NCBI GenBank assembly: GCA_018679295.1
Contig: JAHHLP010000570.1
Span: 1-36,907, forward strand
Origin: Rhodothermia bacterium
Lineage (GTDB): Bacteria; Bacteroidota; Rhodothermia; Rhodothermales; JABDKH01
Reading direction: 5' to 3'
DNA: 36,907 nucleotides
The notes under the pieces are model-generated. The model was not told the origin of the DNA. It did no database searches and was given only the letters and a program-made list of their open reading frames with translations. A program made the translations under genes and the position numbers. Of the stretch, positions 8,566-17,700 are shown in pieces. Each line of letters opens with the position of its first letter. Position 1 is the stretch's first letter.

Positions 8566-10746
8566 ATGAAGAGATGGAGATCGGTCTGGCTGGCGATCTG
8601 CCTCTTCACGCTGATGCCGCTGCGATCGCCTGCGCAGTCCTTTGAAGAGGCGGTGATTGACGTCGGTAATGTCGGCGTCACGATCACGAATGCGGGATTC
8701 GTTGGAAAGTCCGCGATTCGCAACAATCCCACCGGACCGCCGTCGTTCGAGTATCCGCTGGACTCAGGTGTGGAGCATCTCTTTGAAGCGGGTCTCTGGA
8801 TAGGCGCGATTCGATCAGATGGGGTCATTACCGTTCGTACCGGCGCCGTTACTGCATCCTCCGGATATACACCCGGCGGCACTGGTTACGAGCTGGCACA
8901 GGCATCCACTATTGTTGAGCGTTCAAGTCTGACGACGGAGGACGCGTTCAGTGCGCTGGCTACAAGTCATCAGGACTTTCTCACTTCATTTGTTGACACG
9001 GCGACCGTCCTTCCCGGCACATTCATCGAGATGCCAGATGTTCAGGGTCAACTTGGAGCGGCGGTAGAAATGCGGTCCTTCGCGTGGAACTTCCCGTTCA
9101 CCGAATACTTCGCGATACTCAATTTCGACATCATCAACATCAGCGACGCTCCCTGGGATAGTGTTTGGGTCGGACTCTACCACGACCTCGTCGTGCGCAA
9201 CGTGAACACCACGCTTGACGCCGGGGGGTCGTTCTTCAATAAGAACGGATTAGGGTGGATCGATAGTCTCGGCGCCTCCTATGCGTTCAACGCAGCCGGG
9301 ACCGAAGAAACTATCAACACGTACGGGGCCATTTCCTTCCTGGGCGCCGAGTGGCGCGATCCAGCAACGGGTCAGCGTCGTTTCTTTCATCCGAACGTTG
9401 CGGAAGATCTCGTCGCCGACGGCTATTCCGCGCCTCGCGTAAACTTCCGCTGGTGGCAGTTCAGCGGCGGCACGGCGGAGTTGAGCCGACCGTCGACCGA
9501 CGACCTCAAGTACCAGCGCCTATCCATCCCCTTCCCAAACCCCAATGCGTTCGAAACCGAGGATGAATACCTAGCGGAGCTCGCCGCCTGGCGTAGCAGG
9601 CTGAGAACGGATGGGCAAACTTCACAGGGGAACTGGATCGGGTTGACGCCCATCGGACCCTTCCCCACCGTTCTGCCCGGCGATACCCTGCAGGTAACCT
9701 ATGGATTGGTGGCCGCGCTCAAACCGGAAGAATTCCAGGGCAACGCCGGAAAACCGATTGATACAGAGGAGTCCCGAGTCTTCCTCGCCAACAACCTGAA
9801 CTGGGCACGTCGTACGTACGCTGGGGAAGACAACAACTTCAATGGCCGGCTCGACGGCAACGAGGATGTGAACTCCAACGGACGGCTCGACCGTTACCTG
9901 ATTCCGGAGCCGCCAAACTCACCGAAGGTTAAGATCGTCTTCGAAGAGCCAGAAGGCTCCGACAATCGACAGACCAATCGCGTCTCGGTCTACTGGGATA
10001 AGACCGCCGAACGATCGCTCGACCCGGTGTCGGGAGATTTCGATTTCGAAGGCTACCGGATTTATCGGAGCGATCCAGGAGACGATCGCGCCGGCAACAT
10101 ACTGGACGAGGCTTCACTCATCGCGCAGTACGACAGACCTGGCAATAGGACCGGGTTCAATAACGGTTTCGCTGACATAGCACTCGCCGAGCCCGTCGTG
10201 TTCCCGGGAGACACGACGCAGTACTGGTACCGATTTGATGCTCCCAGTCTCCTTGGGGGATGGCAATACCTCTTCTCCGTCACAGCATTCGACCAGGGTG
10301 ACCCAGACGCCGGCCTTCCTTCGTTCGAATCTTCTCGCGTATCGAACGCTACGCGCGTTTTTCCCGGTACTCCACCCGTTTCCGACGGCAGTCGCAGCGT
10401 TGGCGTCTACCCGAATCCCTATCGGATCGAGGCGGCATGGGACGGCGGGACATCTCGCACCAGGAAACTGAATTTCTATAACCTGCCTCCCAAGTCAGAA
10501 ATCCGGATTTACACACTGGCGGGCGAAATCGTGGCCGAAATCGACCACGACGCCGAGACATACGTGGGAGACATCCGCTGGTACGACAGCTTTAGCGCGG
10601 AGAATCGTCAACAGCCGGGTGGAGAGCATTCGTGGGATATCCTTTCGGACAACAGCTTGGCGATTTCGGCAGGTCTTTACCTGTATACCGTCAAGGACAT
10701 GGATTCCGGCGAGGTGCAGCGAGGCAAATTTGTTATCATCAAGTAG
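8566..10746 (+). CDS. Secreted protein of unknown function with T9SS-type (FlgD-Ig/Por_Secre_tail-like) C-terminal domain
   Basis: The track ORF begins at 8257 inside the repeat array. The Met at 8566 starts a classic signal peptide (MKRWRSVWLAICLFTLMPLRSPAQS). Tandem DxNxNGRLD loops (DNNFNGRLDGNEDVNSNGRLD). An FN3-like stretch (VSVYWDKT...FEGYRIYRSD). The C-terminus VYPNPYRIE...IRIYTLAGEIVAEI...GLYLYTVKD...KFVIIK resembles a T9SS sorting domain with an insertion. Confidence 0.8.
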   Translation: MKRWRSVWLAICLFTLMPLRSPAQSFEEAVIDVGNVGVTITNAGFVGKSAIRNNPTGPPSFEYPLDSGVEHLFEAGLWIGAIRSDGVITVRTGAVTASSGYTPGGTGYELAQASTIVERSSLTTEDAFSALATSHQDFLTSFVDTATVLPGTFIEMPDVQGQLGAAVEMRSFAWNFPFTEYFAILNFDIINISDAPWDSVWVGLYHDLVVRNVNTTLDAGGSFFNKNGLGWIDSLGASYAFNAAGTEETINTYGAISFLGAEWRDPATGQRRFFHPNVAEDLVADGYSAPRVNFRWWQFSGGTAELSRPSTDDLKYQRLSIPFPNPNAFETEDEYLAELAAWRSRLRTDGQTSQGNWIGLTPIGPFPTVLPGDTLQVTYGLVAALKPEEFQGNAGKPIDTEESRVFLANNLNWARRTYAGEDNNFNGRLDGNEDVNSNGRLDRYLIPEPPNSPKVKIVFEEPEGSDNRQTNRVSVYWDKTAERSLDPVSGDFDFEGYRIYRSDPGDDRAGNILDEASLIAQYDRPGNRTGFNNGFADIALAEPVVFPGDTTQYWYRFDAPSLLGGWQYLFSVTAFDQGDPDAGLPSFESSRVSNATRVFPGTPPVSDGSRSVGVYPNPYRIEAAWDGGTSRTRKLNFYNLPPKSEIRIYTLAGEIVAEIDHDAETYVGDIRWYDSFSAENRQQPGGEHSWDILSDNSLAISAGLYLYTVKDMDSGEVQRGKFVIIK

Positions 10747-10822
10747 CGCTTTCCATGGGCAACGGCACAGGCTCGCTCAGAGCCGACTGAAATCGGAAAT
10801 CAACACAAACACAGAGTACACG

Positions 10823-13033
10823 ATGAAACGTTTCTTTACTGTGAGTCTGACGCTGTTTGCCCTGGCCGTGCTATGGGCTCCGCTAGCGGAGGCTCAAATC
10901 ACGGACATCACGATCCGCGAGATCAACGCGATTCCCGCGGATTCGATAGACGCCCTCAACGCAGCGGCTGAGGCACTCAACGATCCGCGAATCGAGAACG
11001 CCATTTTCAATGATCTCGTCGGCGACACGGTTCGCGTCGGTGCGATCGTCATGAGCGATCCGACACTTTCGGGTCTCTCGTCGCCGGACGGCAGCGGCCT
11101 CCCGAGTCGCGTTCATTTCTTCGTTCGCGATACAGCAGCCGTGTCGCTAGGAGTTGAAGGGATGGGCATTCAGGTCGTGGACGGCTCCTGGCAGGAGAAT
11201 GGCGTCCTAGGGCTTCTGATCGGAGATGTGGTGGAACTGGTCGGCACGGTATCGCCATTTGACGAGGTCATGCAGATCGCGCCCGTCAGTATTACCGTTA
11301 TCGGCACGGTCGGCAGCTTCGATTTTCCGGCCTCCGCCATGGATCCGGTAGTGATAACTACGGCCGACGTACACAGGGTCGTGACGGGTGGTATTCAGGC
11401 CAACTGGAGCAACCTCGCCGACCTCCGCGGCCAGTACGTGCGCTTCGAAAACGCCCTAGTACAGCGCCGCGACATCAGCTCGGACCGGCCAAACTGGACC
11501 TTCAGCACCGATGGGGGTGCGACCCAGCTGTACATCCGCGACATCTCGCTTGCTTATAGGAATGATCGGGACGGCGCCTACGATGACAGTCAGTTCCGCG
11601 TCTTCTTCGACGACTTCACACCCCCTCCTCCAGGGTCGGGCATCAACCTTCAAGGCTTCCTCGCCTTCGACGACTTCGATCCGTTCGGAATTGGCGCGCC
11701 GGATGACGGTCTGATTGCCATCGGACCGATGGAGCGGGAGGACCTGGAAGTGACAGTGACTCCGCCAATTGTCACAAATGTAACCCGGCCGACCACCGTC
11801 GTGGGCGCTGAGACCGTCTCAGTCTCAGCAGACGTGACAGCCGATCCGGCCCGCGCGCTGGCTTCCGTCAACCTCAACTACTACACGAGTGCGGCCCCCG
11901 ACACGGTGACCGTCGCTGGGGTTGTCGCCCCCAACGACACGACATACTCGGCGGACATTCCGGCTCAGTCGGACGGAGACTTCGTGACCTACTGGTTTGA
12001 AGCAACCGACGACCAGAACGCATCGACAGTATCAGAGGACCAGGTCTATCGGGTGCTGACAGGCGGGATTGACTCGATCTCGGACATTCAGCTTACCGTG
12101 GACGGAGGTGAAGGACCTAGCCCCTTCGAAGGCCTGACGACGGCGATGAATATCACGGGGTCTATCAATAGCCGACCGGATTCTTCCGGATACTACATCG
12201 TGCAGGACGACGTCACGGGTGCGCCCTGGACCGGGATCGTCATTGAAGCAACGGACGCGGTGGTAGCCCTTGGGCTTGGACCCGGAGATCTCGTGAACAT
12301 CACCGCCGGCACGATCGTCGAAATTCGGGGAGACAATCGGTTTGATCGGTCCGGTGATGTAACCGGTATCGCCGAACCCACAGTCACGATCGTAACCCCA
12401 GGGGTTGCGGGACAGAACTATAAGACGGTCACGACCGACGTTCTTCAGGACGAGTCGGTGGCAGAAGGTCACGAGAGCATGCTGCTCCGGTTTGAGAACG
12501 TCACCCTGACGACCAACCAGGCCGACGATCCGAGTGACTTCGGTGAGTGGGCGATTTCGTCCGATGGAACAGCCGACAATCAGATTCGGGTCGACGACTC
12601 AAGTCCGCTTGTCTCGTCGAGTTATAACGATGATCTCGTTCCCGGCACCGTCTACTCGTTCCATCAGGGTATATGGTCCAACACCTTTGGCAACTTCAAA
12701 CTGATCCCCGAAGACCTCTCGGATATCGGCGACGTCTCGAACGTGGCCATCGAGAGCGAGGAAATCCCCGATGGATTTGCCCTCGAGCAGAACTATCCGA
12801 ACCCGTTCAACCCGGCGACGACGATCCGGTTTGACGTTGCACAGACGTCTCACATCTCTGTCGAGGTGTTTGACGTGGTGGGACGTCGCGTCGCACAGCT
12901 GGTTGATGGAGAACTGGCTGCGGGCACGCATTCGGTGACGTTCGACGCTCGCAATCTGGCGAGCGGCATGTACGTCTATCGACTGACCGCCGGCTCGGAA
13001 GTGATCAACAAAACCATGATGCTGCTGAAGTAG
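10823..13033 (+). CDS. T9SS-secreted protein with repeated OB-like modules (unknown function)
   Basis: The Met at 10823 gives the signal peptide MKRFFTVSLTLFALAVLWAPLAEAQ; the track ORF start at 10619 overlaps the upstream gene. Canonical T9SS type-A CTD at the C-terminus: LEQNYPNPFNPATTIRFDV...VEVFDVVGRRVA...GMYVYRLTAG...KTMMLLK. Three internal modules are described under findings. Confidence 0.85.
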   Translation: MKRFFTVSLTLFALAVLWAPLAEAQITDITIREINAIPADSIDALNAAAEALNDPRIENAIFNDLVGDTVRVGAIVMSDPTLSGLSSPDGSGLPSRVHFFVRDTAAVSLGVEGMGIQVVDGSWQENGVLGLLIGDVVELVGTVSPFDEVMQIAPVSITVIGTVGSFDFPASAMDPVVITTADVHRVVTGGIQANWSNLADLRGQYVRFENALVQRRDISSDRPNWTFSTDGGATQLYIRDISLAYRNDRDGAYDDSQFRVFFDDFTPPPPGSGINLQGFLAFDDFDPFGIGAPDDGLIAIGPMEREDLEVTVTPPIVTNVTRPTTVVGAETVSVSADVTADPARALASVNLNYYTSAAPDTVTVAGVVAPNDTTYSADIPAQSDGDFVTYWFEATDDQNASTVSEDQVYRVLTGGIDSISDIQLTVDGGEGPSPFEGLTTAMNITGSINSRPDSSGYYIVQDDVTGAPWTGIVIEATDAVVALGLGPGDLVNITAGTIVEIRGDNRFDRSGDVTGIAEPTVTIVTPGVAGQNYKTVTTDVLQDESVAEGHESMLLRFENVTLTTNQADDPSDFGEWAISSDGTADNQIRVDDSSPLVSSSYNDDLVPGTVYSFHQGIWSNTFGNFKLIPEDLSDIGDVSNVAIESEEIPDGFALEQNYPNPFNPATTIRFDVAQTSHISVEVFDVVGRRVAQLVDGELAAGTHSVTFDARNLASGMYVYRLTAGSEVINKTMMLLK

Positions 13034-13055
13034 TCCTTCAGCGTAAGCCGACGCG

Positions 13056-13082
13056 GGAGGTCCTGCCTCGAGCAGGACCTCC
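13056..13082 (+). other. Perfect 11-bp GC-rich stem-loop between two genes of the locus (possible attenuator or RNA stabiliser)
   Basis: GGAGGTCCTGC (13056-13066), loop ctcga, GCAGGACCTCC (13072-13082). It lies 23 nt after the stop at 13033 and 27 nt before the GTG at 13109. No U-tract follows. Confidence 0.5.
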
Positions 13083-13108
13083 GCCGTCGGATCGAATCAG
13101 CTCGCTTA

Positions 13109-14731
13109 GTGAATCGCGTACTCACGTTTCTTCCGATCGTGCTGGCGGCCCTGGTGTTGGGTGCGTGCGATAGCGACATCACCGGATCGCGACTCGACAA
13201 CCTCCCGCCGGATACCCAGCTGTCCGTCCGTGATACGTCATTGACCGACAACCTGGGTGACGACGAACGGCTGACCAGTACTGTCTTCGTTTCGTGGACC
13301 GGCGACGATCCAGACGGCTTCGTCGCAAGCTTCGAGTTCAGGTTCTTTCCGCCGGATAGTGCCCCGGCGAAGGAGGAGGCTTGGTCACTAACAACGAATA
13401 GCGACTCTTTAATACTCCTTCCCATCCCTCCCGGGGAAAAGGAGGCGAACGTGGTCTTTGAGGTCCGGGCAATCGATAACGATGGTTCGGCAGACCCCTC
13501 GCCTGCGAGAACGGTCTTCCCAATTCAGAACTCGCCCCCGGACATCGCATTTCGTCCGTTCGACCTGTCACCCGACACTACATTTGCCGTCTTCTCTTTC
13601 GGTTGGACCGCATCTGATCCCGAAGGCCTCGAAAACCTGGATCGCATCGACGTAAGCCTGAACGACAGTCTTCAATTCGTGTCGCTTCCGCCGGAGACAG
13701 AGTTCGTCACATTTGTCGGCGATGTTGATAAAGGCGATCCCGGCCAGACGACAACAGACGCCCGGGTTTTCCTCGGCCGCGGCTTTCAGACGTCGGGACT
13801 CAGCGTGTCTGGACTCGTCCTTGGAGCCGAAAACACCATCTATATACGCGCGGTTGACCGGACGGACACGACCAGTACCGTTGAGTCCTTCTCCTGGTAC
13901 GTGAAGAAGTCCCGAGGCGAAGTCCTCTACGTTAACGACTACCGCAAGTCTACTTTCCCGACGGTACAGCGCTTTCACCTCGCCTTGCTGCGGGAGTATC
14001 TACCGGATGGCACCGGCATCGATCTGTGGGACATCTCGACACCCTTTGTCAGTGGAAATGCGGGCGACACGCCACGATCGCCACTGATGCCGCCCAGTCC
14101 TGATCCGACGCTAAGGCAGTGGCTCGCTGATTACTCATACATCTATTGGGTTGCCACAAGTACGACGGCGAGCGTGAGTGCAGATAACCTGCCGTTCGTG
14201 GCATCAGCGTCTGATCTCTTTTTTGAGAATGGCGGCAAGATGATGGTCCACAGCCCAATCACGCTGCCGTCCAACCCCGAGGATATCGTTGGCAACCCGG
14301 CTTTGCTGCTTCTGCCGTTGTCAGACCTGATTTCTTTCCCGGATACACTTAGACCGGCGCTAAGGATGGGTGTGGGGGCTGAAATCCCGGCCGCGGATGC
14401 CGTGCCTGGCCTCGGCGTAACCCTTCCCGCTCTTGAATCGAACGCCTTCTTGACGAACACCCTCCCCTACGCCACCGACGGTGCCAACGTGATTCCACTC
14501 GCAACCGGCGAGTACACGTACATCTCCAGAGACGGAAGACGGCAGGGACCGTGGTTCGGGCCGTCCGTAATTGCGTCGCTAAGTGCGGATCAGCGAGTTG
14601 GACTGTTTGCGCTTCCGCTCATCAACGAACAGTCAGGCGCACAGAACTTCGTCGGCGCCGATGGAGACTCTGAAGCGCCTCGCACGGCGATCAAGATGAT
14701 GCTCGAAAGTCTGGGATTTCCGATGCGATGA
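13109..14731 (+). CDS. Lipoprotein of unknown function
   Basis: 540-aa ORF with a GTG start. Signal peptide with lipobox (MNRVLTFLPIVLAALVLGAC|DSD). Two similar N-terminal modules carry W-T-x-x-DP(D/E)G motifs (VSWTGDDPDGFVASFEFRF and SFGWTASDPEGLENLDRIDVS), suggesting Ig-like repeats. No catalytic motif recognised. Confidence 0.75.
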   Translation: MNRVLTFLPIVLAALVLGACDSDITGSRLDNLPPDTQLSVRDTSLTDNLGDDERLTSTVFVSWTGDDPDGFVASFEFRFFPPDSAPAKEEAWSLTTNSDSLILLPIPPGEKEANVVFEVRAIDNDGSADPSPARTVFPIQNSPPDIAFRPFDLSPDTTFAVFSFGWTASDPEGLENLDRIDVSLNDSLQFVSLPPETEFVTFVGDVDKGDPGQTTTDARVFLGRGFQTSGLSVSGLVLGAENTIYIRAVDRTDTTSTVESFSWYVKKSRGEVLYVNDYRKSTFPTVQRFHLALLREYLPDGTGIDLWDISTPFVSGNAGDTPRSPLMPPSPDPTLRQWLADYSYIYWVATSTTASVSADNLPFVASASDLFFENGGKMMVHSPITLPSNPEDIVGNPALLLLPLSDLISFPDTLRPALRMGVGAEIPAADAVPGLGVTLPALESNAFLTNTLPYATDGANVIPLATGEYTYISRDGRRQGPWFGPSVIASLSADQRVGLFALPLINEQSGAQNFVGADGDSEAPRTAIKMMLESLGFPMR

Positions 14732-17700
14732 TTGGCAACGGTAACGACATATTGAAAGCAGCGAAGGCCGGGACAGCCCATCTCATGCGCATCGTCGCAG
14801 TCGTAACGGGATTGTCGGTCCTGGCATTGGGTGGCGTACCCTTTTCAGCGGCCGGGCAGGGCAGCATTGAGGGGGTCGTGTCCGACGAGCAGACTGGCGA
14901 GCCGCTGATTGGTGTGAACGTCATTGTCGTGGGCACATCAAGCGGTGCAGCGACAAACCTCGAGGGCGGTTACTCAATTCCCGGCCTCCGCTCGGGAGAT
15001 TACGCGGTCAAATTTTCATACATCGGATTTGAGACTAAGCTGTTCACAGGTATTAGCGTTACGTCGGGGCAAACGACGCGCCTCAACGTTACCCTCAGTG
15101 AAGCCGTCCTCTCGGCCGAAGACGAGATCGTTATTGTGGGGGATCGACCCCTGCTCGACGTCGAACAGTCGACGAGCACGTTTGCCATCTCCAAGGAGCA
15201 GCTTGAGGTAGCACCCCTGCGCGACGTGCAGGCCGCGGTAGCCACGCAGGTCGGCGTCATTCGGGACCCAACCGGCCTCTACATTCGTGGCGGTCGATCC
15301 GAAGAGACTGGCTTTGTGGTCGACGGCGTTTCAGCGAAGGACCCGCTGGCAGGAACGGGCTTCGGCCTAGACATCGGCTCCAATGCCTTCAGCGAGATCG
15401 AGGTGACCACCGGTGGCGTTGGCGCGGAATTCGGAGACGTGACATCGGGAGTTGTATCCGTTCAAACGCAGGACGGCGGCGATCGATTTTCGGGGTTCTT
15501 CTCGCACAAGCGCGACAACTTCGGGGTCAACGACGATGCGGACTCGAATTTCCAAGAGGACATCTACGAGCTCAATCTCAGTGGTCCGATCGTCAAGGGT
15601 AAGCTGCGGTTCTTCCTGTCGGGCCAGGTGCAGGTATCAGACGGATTCACGCGCGAGACCGCCAACCCGGATCAGGTTTTCTCCTCCCTCGTGGACGGTA
15701 CCTTCTTCATGCCGCGCACCGGAAACCGCTGGAACGGTATCTCCAAACTGACCTACGACGTCGCGCCAGGCAAGAAAGTCCAAGTCTCGTACCAGCGATC
15801 ACTGACGGTCAATCAGAACACGCGGATGCTTCAGGTGACCGGCAACGACGCCGTGGTGTCGCCCGGCTTCCAATACGCATTCGTCCTCTCACCCGAAGAC
15901 GCGAACTCGTTCACGCACGACAACATCATCAGCTATGCCAAGTGGTCGCAAGTCCTGAATGAGCGGTCGTTCTATGACGTCCAGTTGAGTCGGCTCTTTA
16001 CGCGACTCCGCTCCGACGCCAACGGTCGACCGTGGCGACCAGACAACGTCAATACCGAGCTCGATCCAGAAAGCATCGTAGAGTATCCGGCCAACATCTT
16101 TGTGGGTGAAGACGGGCAGCCGATCAATCCCAACGCGCTATTCGTGTTGCCGGGGCCGGGGCTCATCAATAACGGCGGCGTAGCCACGCGCTTCCACGAT
16201 CACTTTGCCGAAGAGTACACAGTTCGGGCTACGTACACGCGGTTTTCCCAATCGAAGAATCATCGGACGACCATCGGCTTCGAGTCCAAGTTCAACGACT
16301 ATCAATGGATAGACATCATCCGGCCGTGGGTGGGAGCTCCGATTGGTGACGACCCCTCCTCGAGTTCGTCTAACAGACTGGGAGAATCTTCCGATATCTG
16401 GCGCGTCAAGCCGAGGCGTGGTGGGCTCTTCGTTACGCACCAAGTCCGGTACCGCGGGCTAATCGGCAACGTGGGTACGCGTATCGAATATTGGGCCCCG
16501 GGCAAGTACGTGGATGATCTTGTCGACGACGAACGCGCCCCGATCCTCGACGCTGTGCGCGAGGCCTACAAAGACGAGACGGTGAAGCTGTTCGGACTGC
16601 GGTACAAGTTCCGCATCCTGCCAAAGATTCGCGTGTCTTTCCCGATTCAGGACAACCGCGTAATGTTCTTTAACTATGGGCACTCCACGCGCATCCCGCA
16701 TCCGACCTTTGTGTACACAGGCCTCGACCCGTTCTTCCAGGATAGAAGTTTCTTTGCCGACCTCGGAAATCCCAACCTCGATCCAGAGGTGGACATCTCG
16801 TATGAACTCGGGCTGCGCAACCAGTTCTCCAGCAATGACGTGCTGAATGTCGCGGCGTTTTGGCGCGATAAGTTTGATTTCATTACGGTTGAGAGCGTCA
16901 TCATTCGGGACGCGACTGGAAGGGAGACGACGCGAGCTTTTCGCGTCAATGGTGACTTTGCCAGAGTCCGTGGCATCGAGGCGAGTTATTTGAAGCGCGT
17001 CGGCGACTGGTTTCAAGGGCAGGTTTCGGGGTCTTTCTCCAGAGCCACCGGCCTGAGCTCAACGAACAATGACGCACTGGCCCAATTCCTGGCGAGAGGC
17101 GACATCGACAATACGTTCGAGACGCCGCTCGCGTGGGATCGTCCATTCGACTTCAAGACCAGCGTCACACTGTCGCATAACCGAAATCGGCCATTCCTCG
17201 GCGTGCCCGGTCTGAACAACCTTAAGGTCTACCTCGCGGGTACGTTCAGAAGCGGACAGCGATACACACCTGTCGAGTTCAGGGGCAATGAAGTGAATCC
17301 ATTCACCGGCGAGCTTGACTGGCGTCCGATCTATGAGCGTAGCCAGGACCCCGAGGATCGCTTCTCTGAAATCGGCGACCCGTGGCTGTGGTTCGACATG
17401 AACATACAGCGCAACGTCGACCTGCTCGGAGGCAGCCTTACGTTCTCGCTGGAAGTCACGAATATCTTCAATCAGAAGAACGCGATTATTGTCAACCCGG
17501 TCACCGGCAAGGCGTACCCGGATGTTGATCCGGAAACGACAGACTTCATTTCACTACGCGGGGACAAAGACTTCGACGTACCGGCGGGCACGCGCGACCC
17601 GCGTTACGAGGATCCGACGACCAGCGGACTGCCTCCCTTCAACCCTGCCCGCTTCCTGCCGCAGCGTCATGTCGTGCTTGGAATATCCTATCGATTCTAA
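14728..17700 (+). CDS. TonB-dependent receptor with N-terminal CarboxypepD_reg-like domain
   Basis: 990-aa ORF. The ATG overlaps the upstream stop (ATGA); an alternative start at 14785 (MRIVAVVTGLSVLALG...) gives a tighter signal peptide. CarboxypepD_reg-like SIEGVVSDEQTGEPLIGVNVIVVGTSSGAATNLEGGYSIPGLRSGDYAVKFSYIGF. Plug-like LYIRGGRSEETGFVVDGVSAKDP. Long alternating beta-strand region ending VVLGISYRF (aromatic C-terminus). Confidence 0.9.
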   Translation: MIGNGNDILKAAKAGTAHLMRIVAVVTGLSVLALGGVPFSAAGQGSIEGVVSDEQTGEPLIGVNVIVVGTSSGAATNLEGGYSIPGLRSGDYAVKFSYIGFETKLFTGISVTSGQTTRLNVTLSEAVLSAEDEIVIVGDRPLLDVEQSTSTFAISKEQLEVAPLRDVQAAVATQVGVIRDPTGLYIRGGRSEETGFVVDGVSAKDPLAGTGFGLDIGSNAFSEIEVTTGGVGAEFGDVTSGVVSVQTQDGGDRFSGFFSHKRDNFGVNDDADSNFQEDIYELNLSGPIVKGKLRFFLSGQVQVSDGFTRETANPDQVFSSLVDGTFFMPRTGNRWNGISKLTYDVAPGKKVQVSYQRSLTVNQNTRMLQVTGNDAVVSPGFQYAFVLSPEDANSFTHDNIISYAKWSQVLNERSFYDVQLSRLFTRLRSDANGRPWRPDNVNTELDPESIVEYPANIFVGEDGQPINPNALFVLPGPGLINNGGVATRFHDHFAEEYTVRATYTRFSQSKNHRTTIGFESKFNDYQWIDIIRPWVGAPIGDDPSSSSSNRLGESSDIWRVKPRRGGLFVTHQVRYRGLIGNVGTRIEYWAPGKYVDDLVDDERAPILDAVREAYKDETVKLFGLRYKFRILPKIRVSFPIQDNRVMFFNYGHSTRIPHPTFVYTGLDPFFQDRSFFADLGNPNLDPEVDISYELGLRNQFSSNDVLNVAAFWRDKFDFITVESVIIRDATGRETTRAFRVNGDFARVRGIEASYLKRVGDWFQGQVSGSFSRATGLSSTNNDALAQFLARGDIDNTFETPLAWDRPFDFKTSVTLSHNRNRPFLGVPGLNNLKVYLAGTFRSGQRYTPVEFRGNEVNPFTGELDWRPIYERSQDPEDRFSEIGDPWLWFDMNIQRNVDLLGGSLTFSLEVTNIFNQKNAIIVNPVTGKAYPDVDPETTDFISLRGDKDFDVPAGTRDPRYEDPTTSGLPPFNPARFLPQRHVVLGISYRF

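Noticed and set aside
10619-10822. Upstream start for the second locus gene (track ORF start at 10619)
   Set aside because: It would overlap the preceding gene by 128 nt, and the added residues are not signal-like. The Met at 10823 begins a canonical signal peptide.
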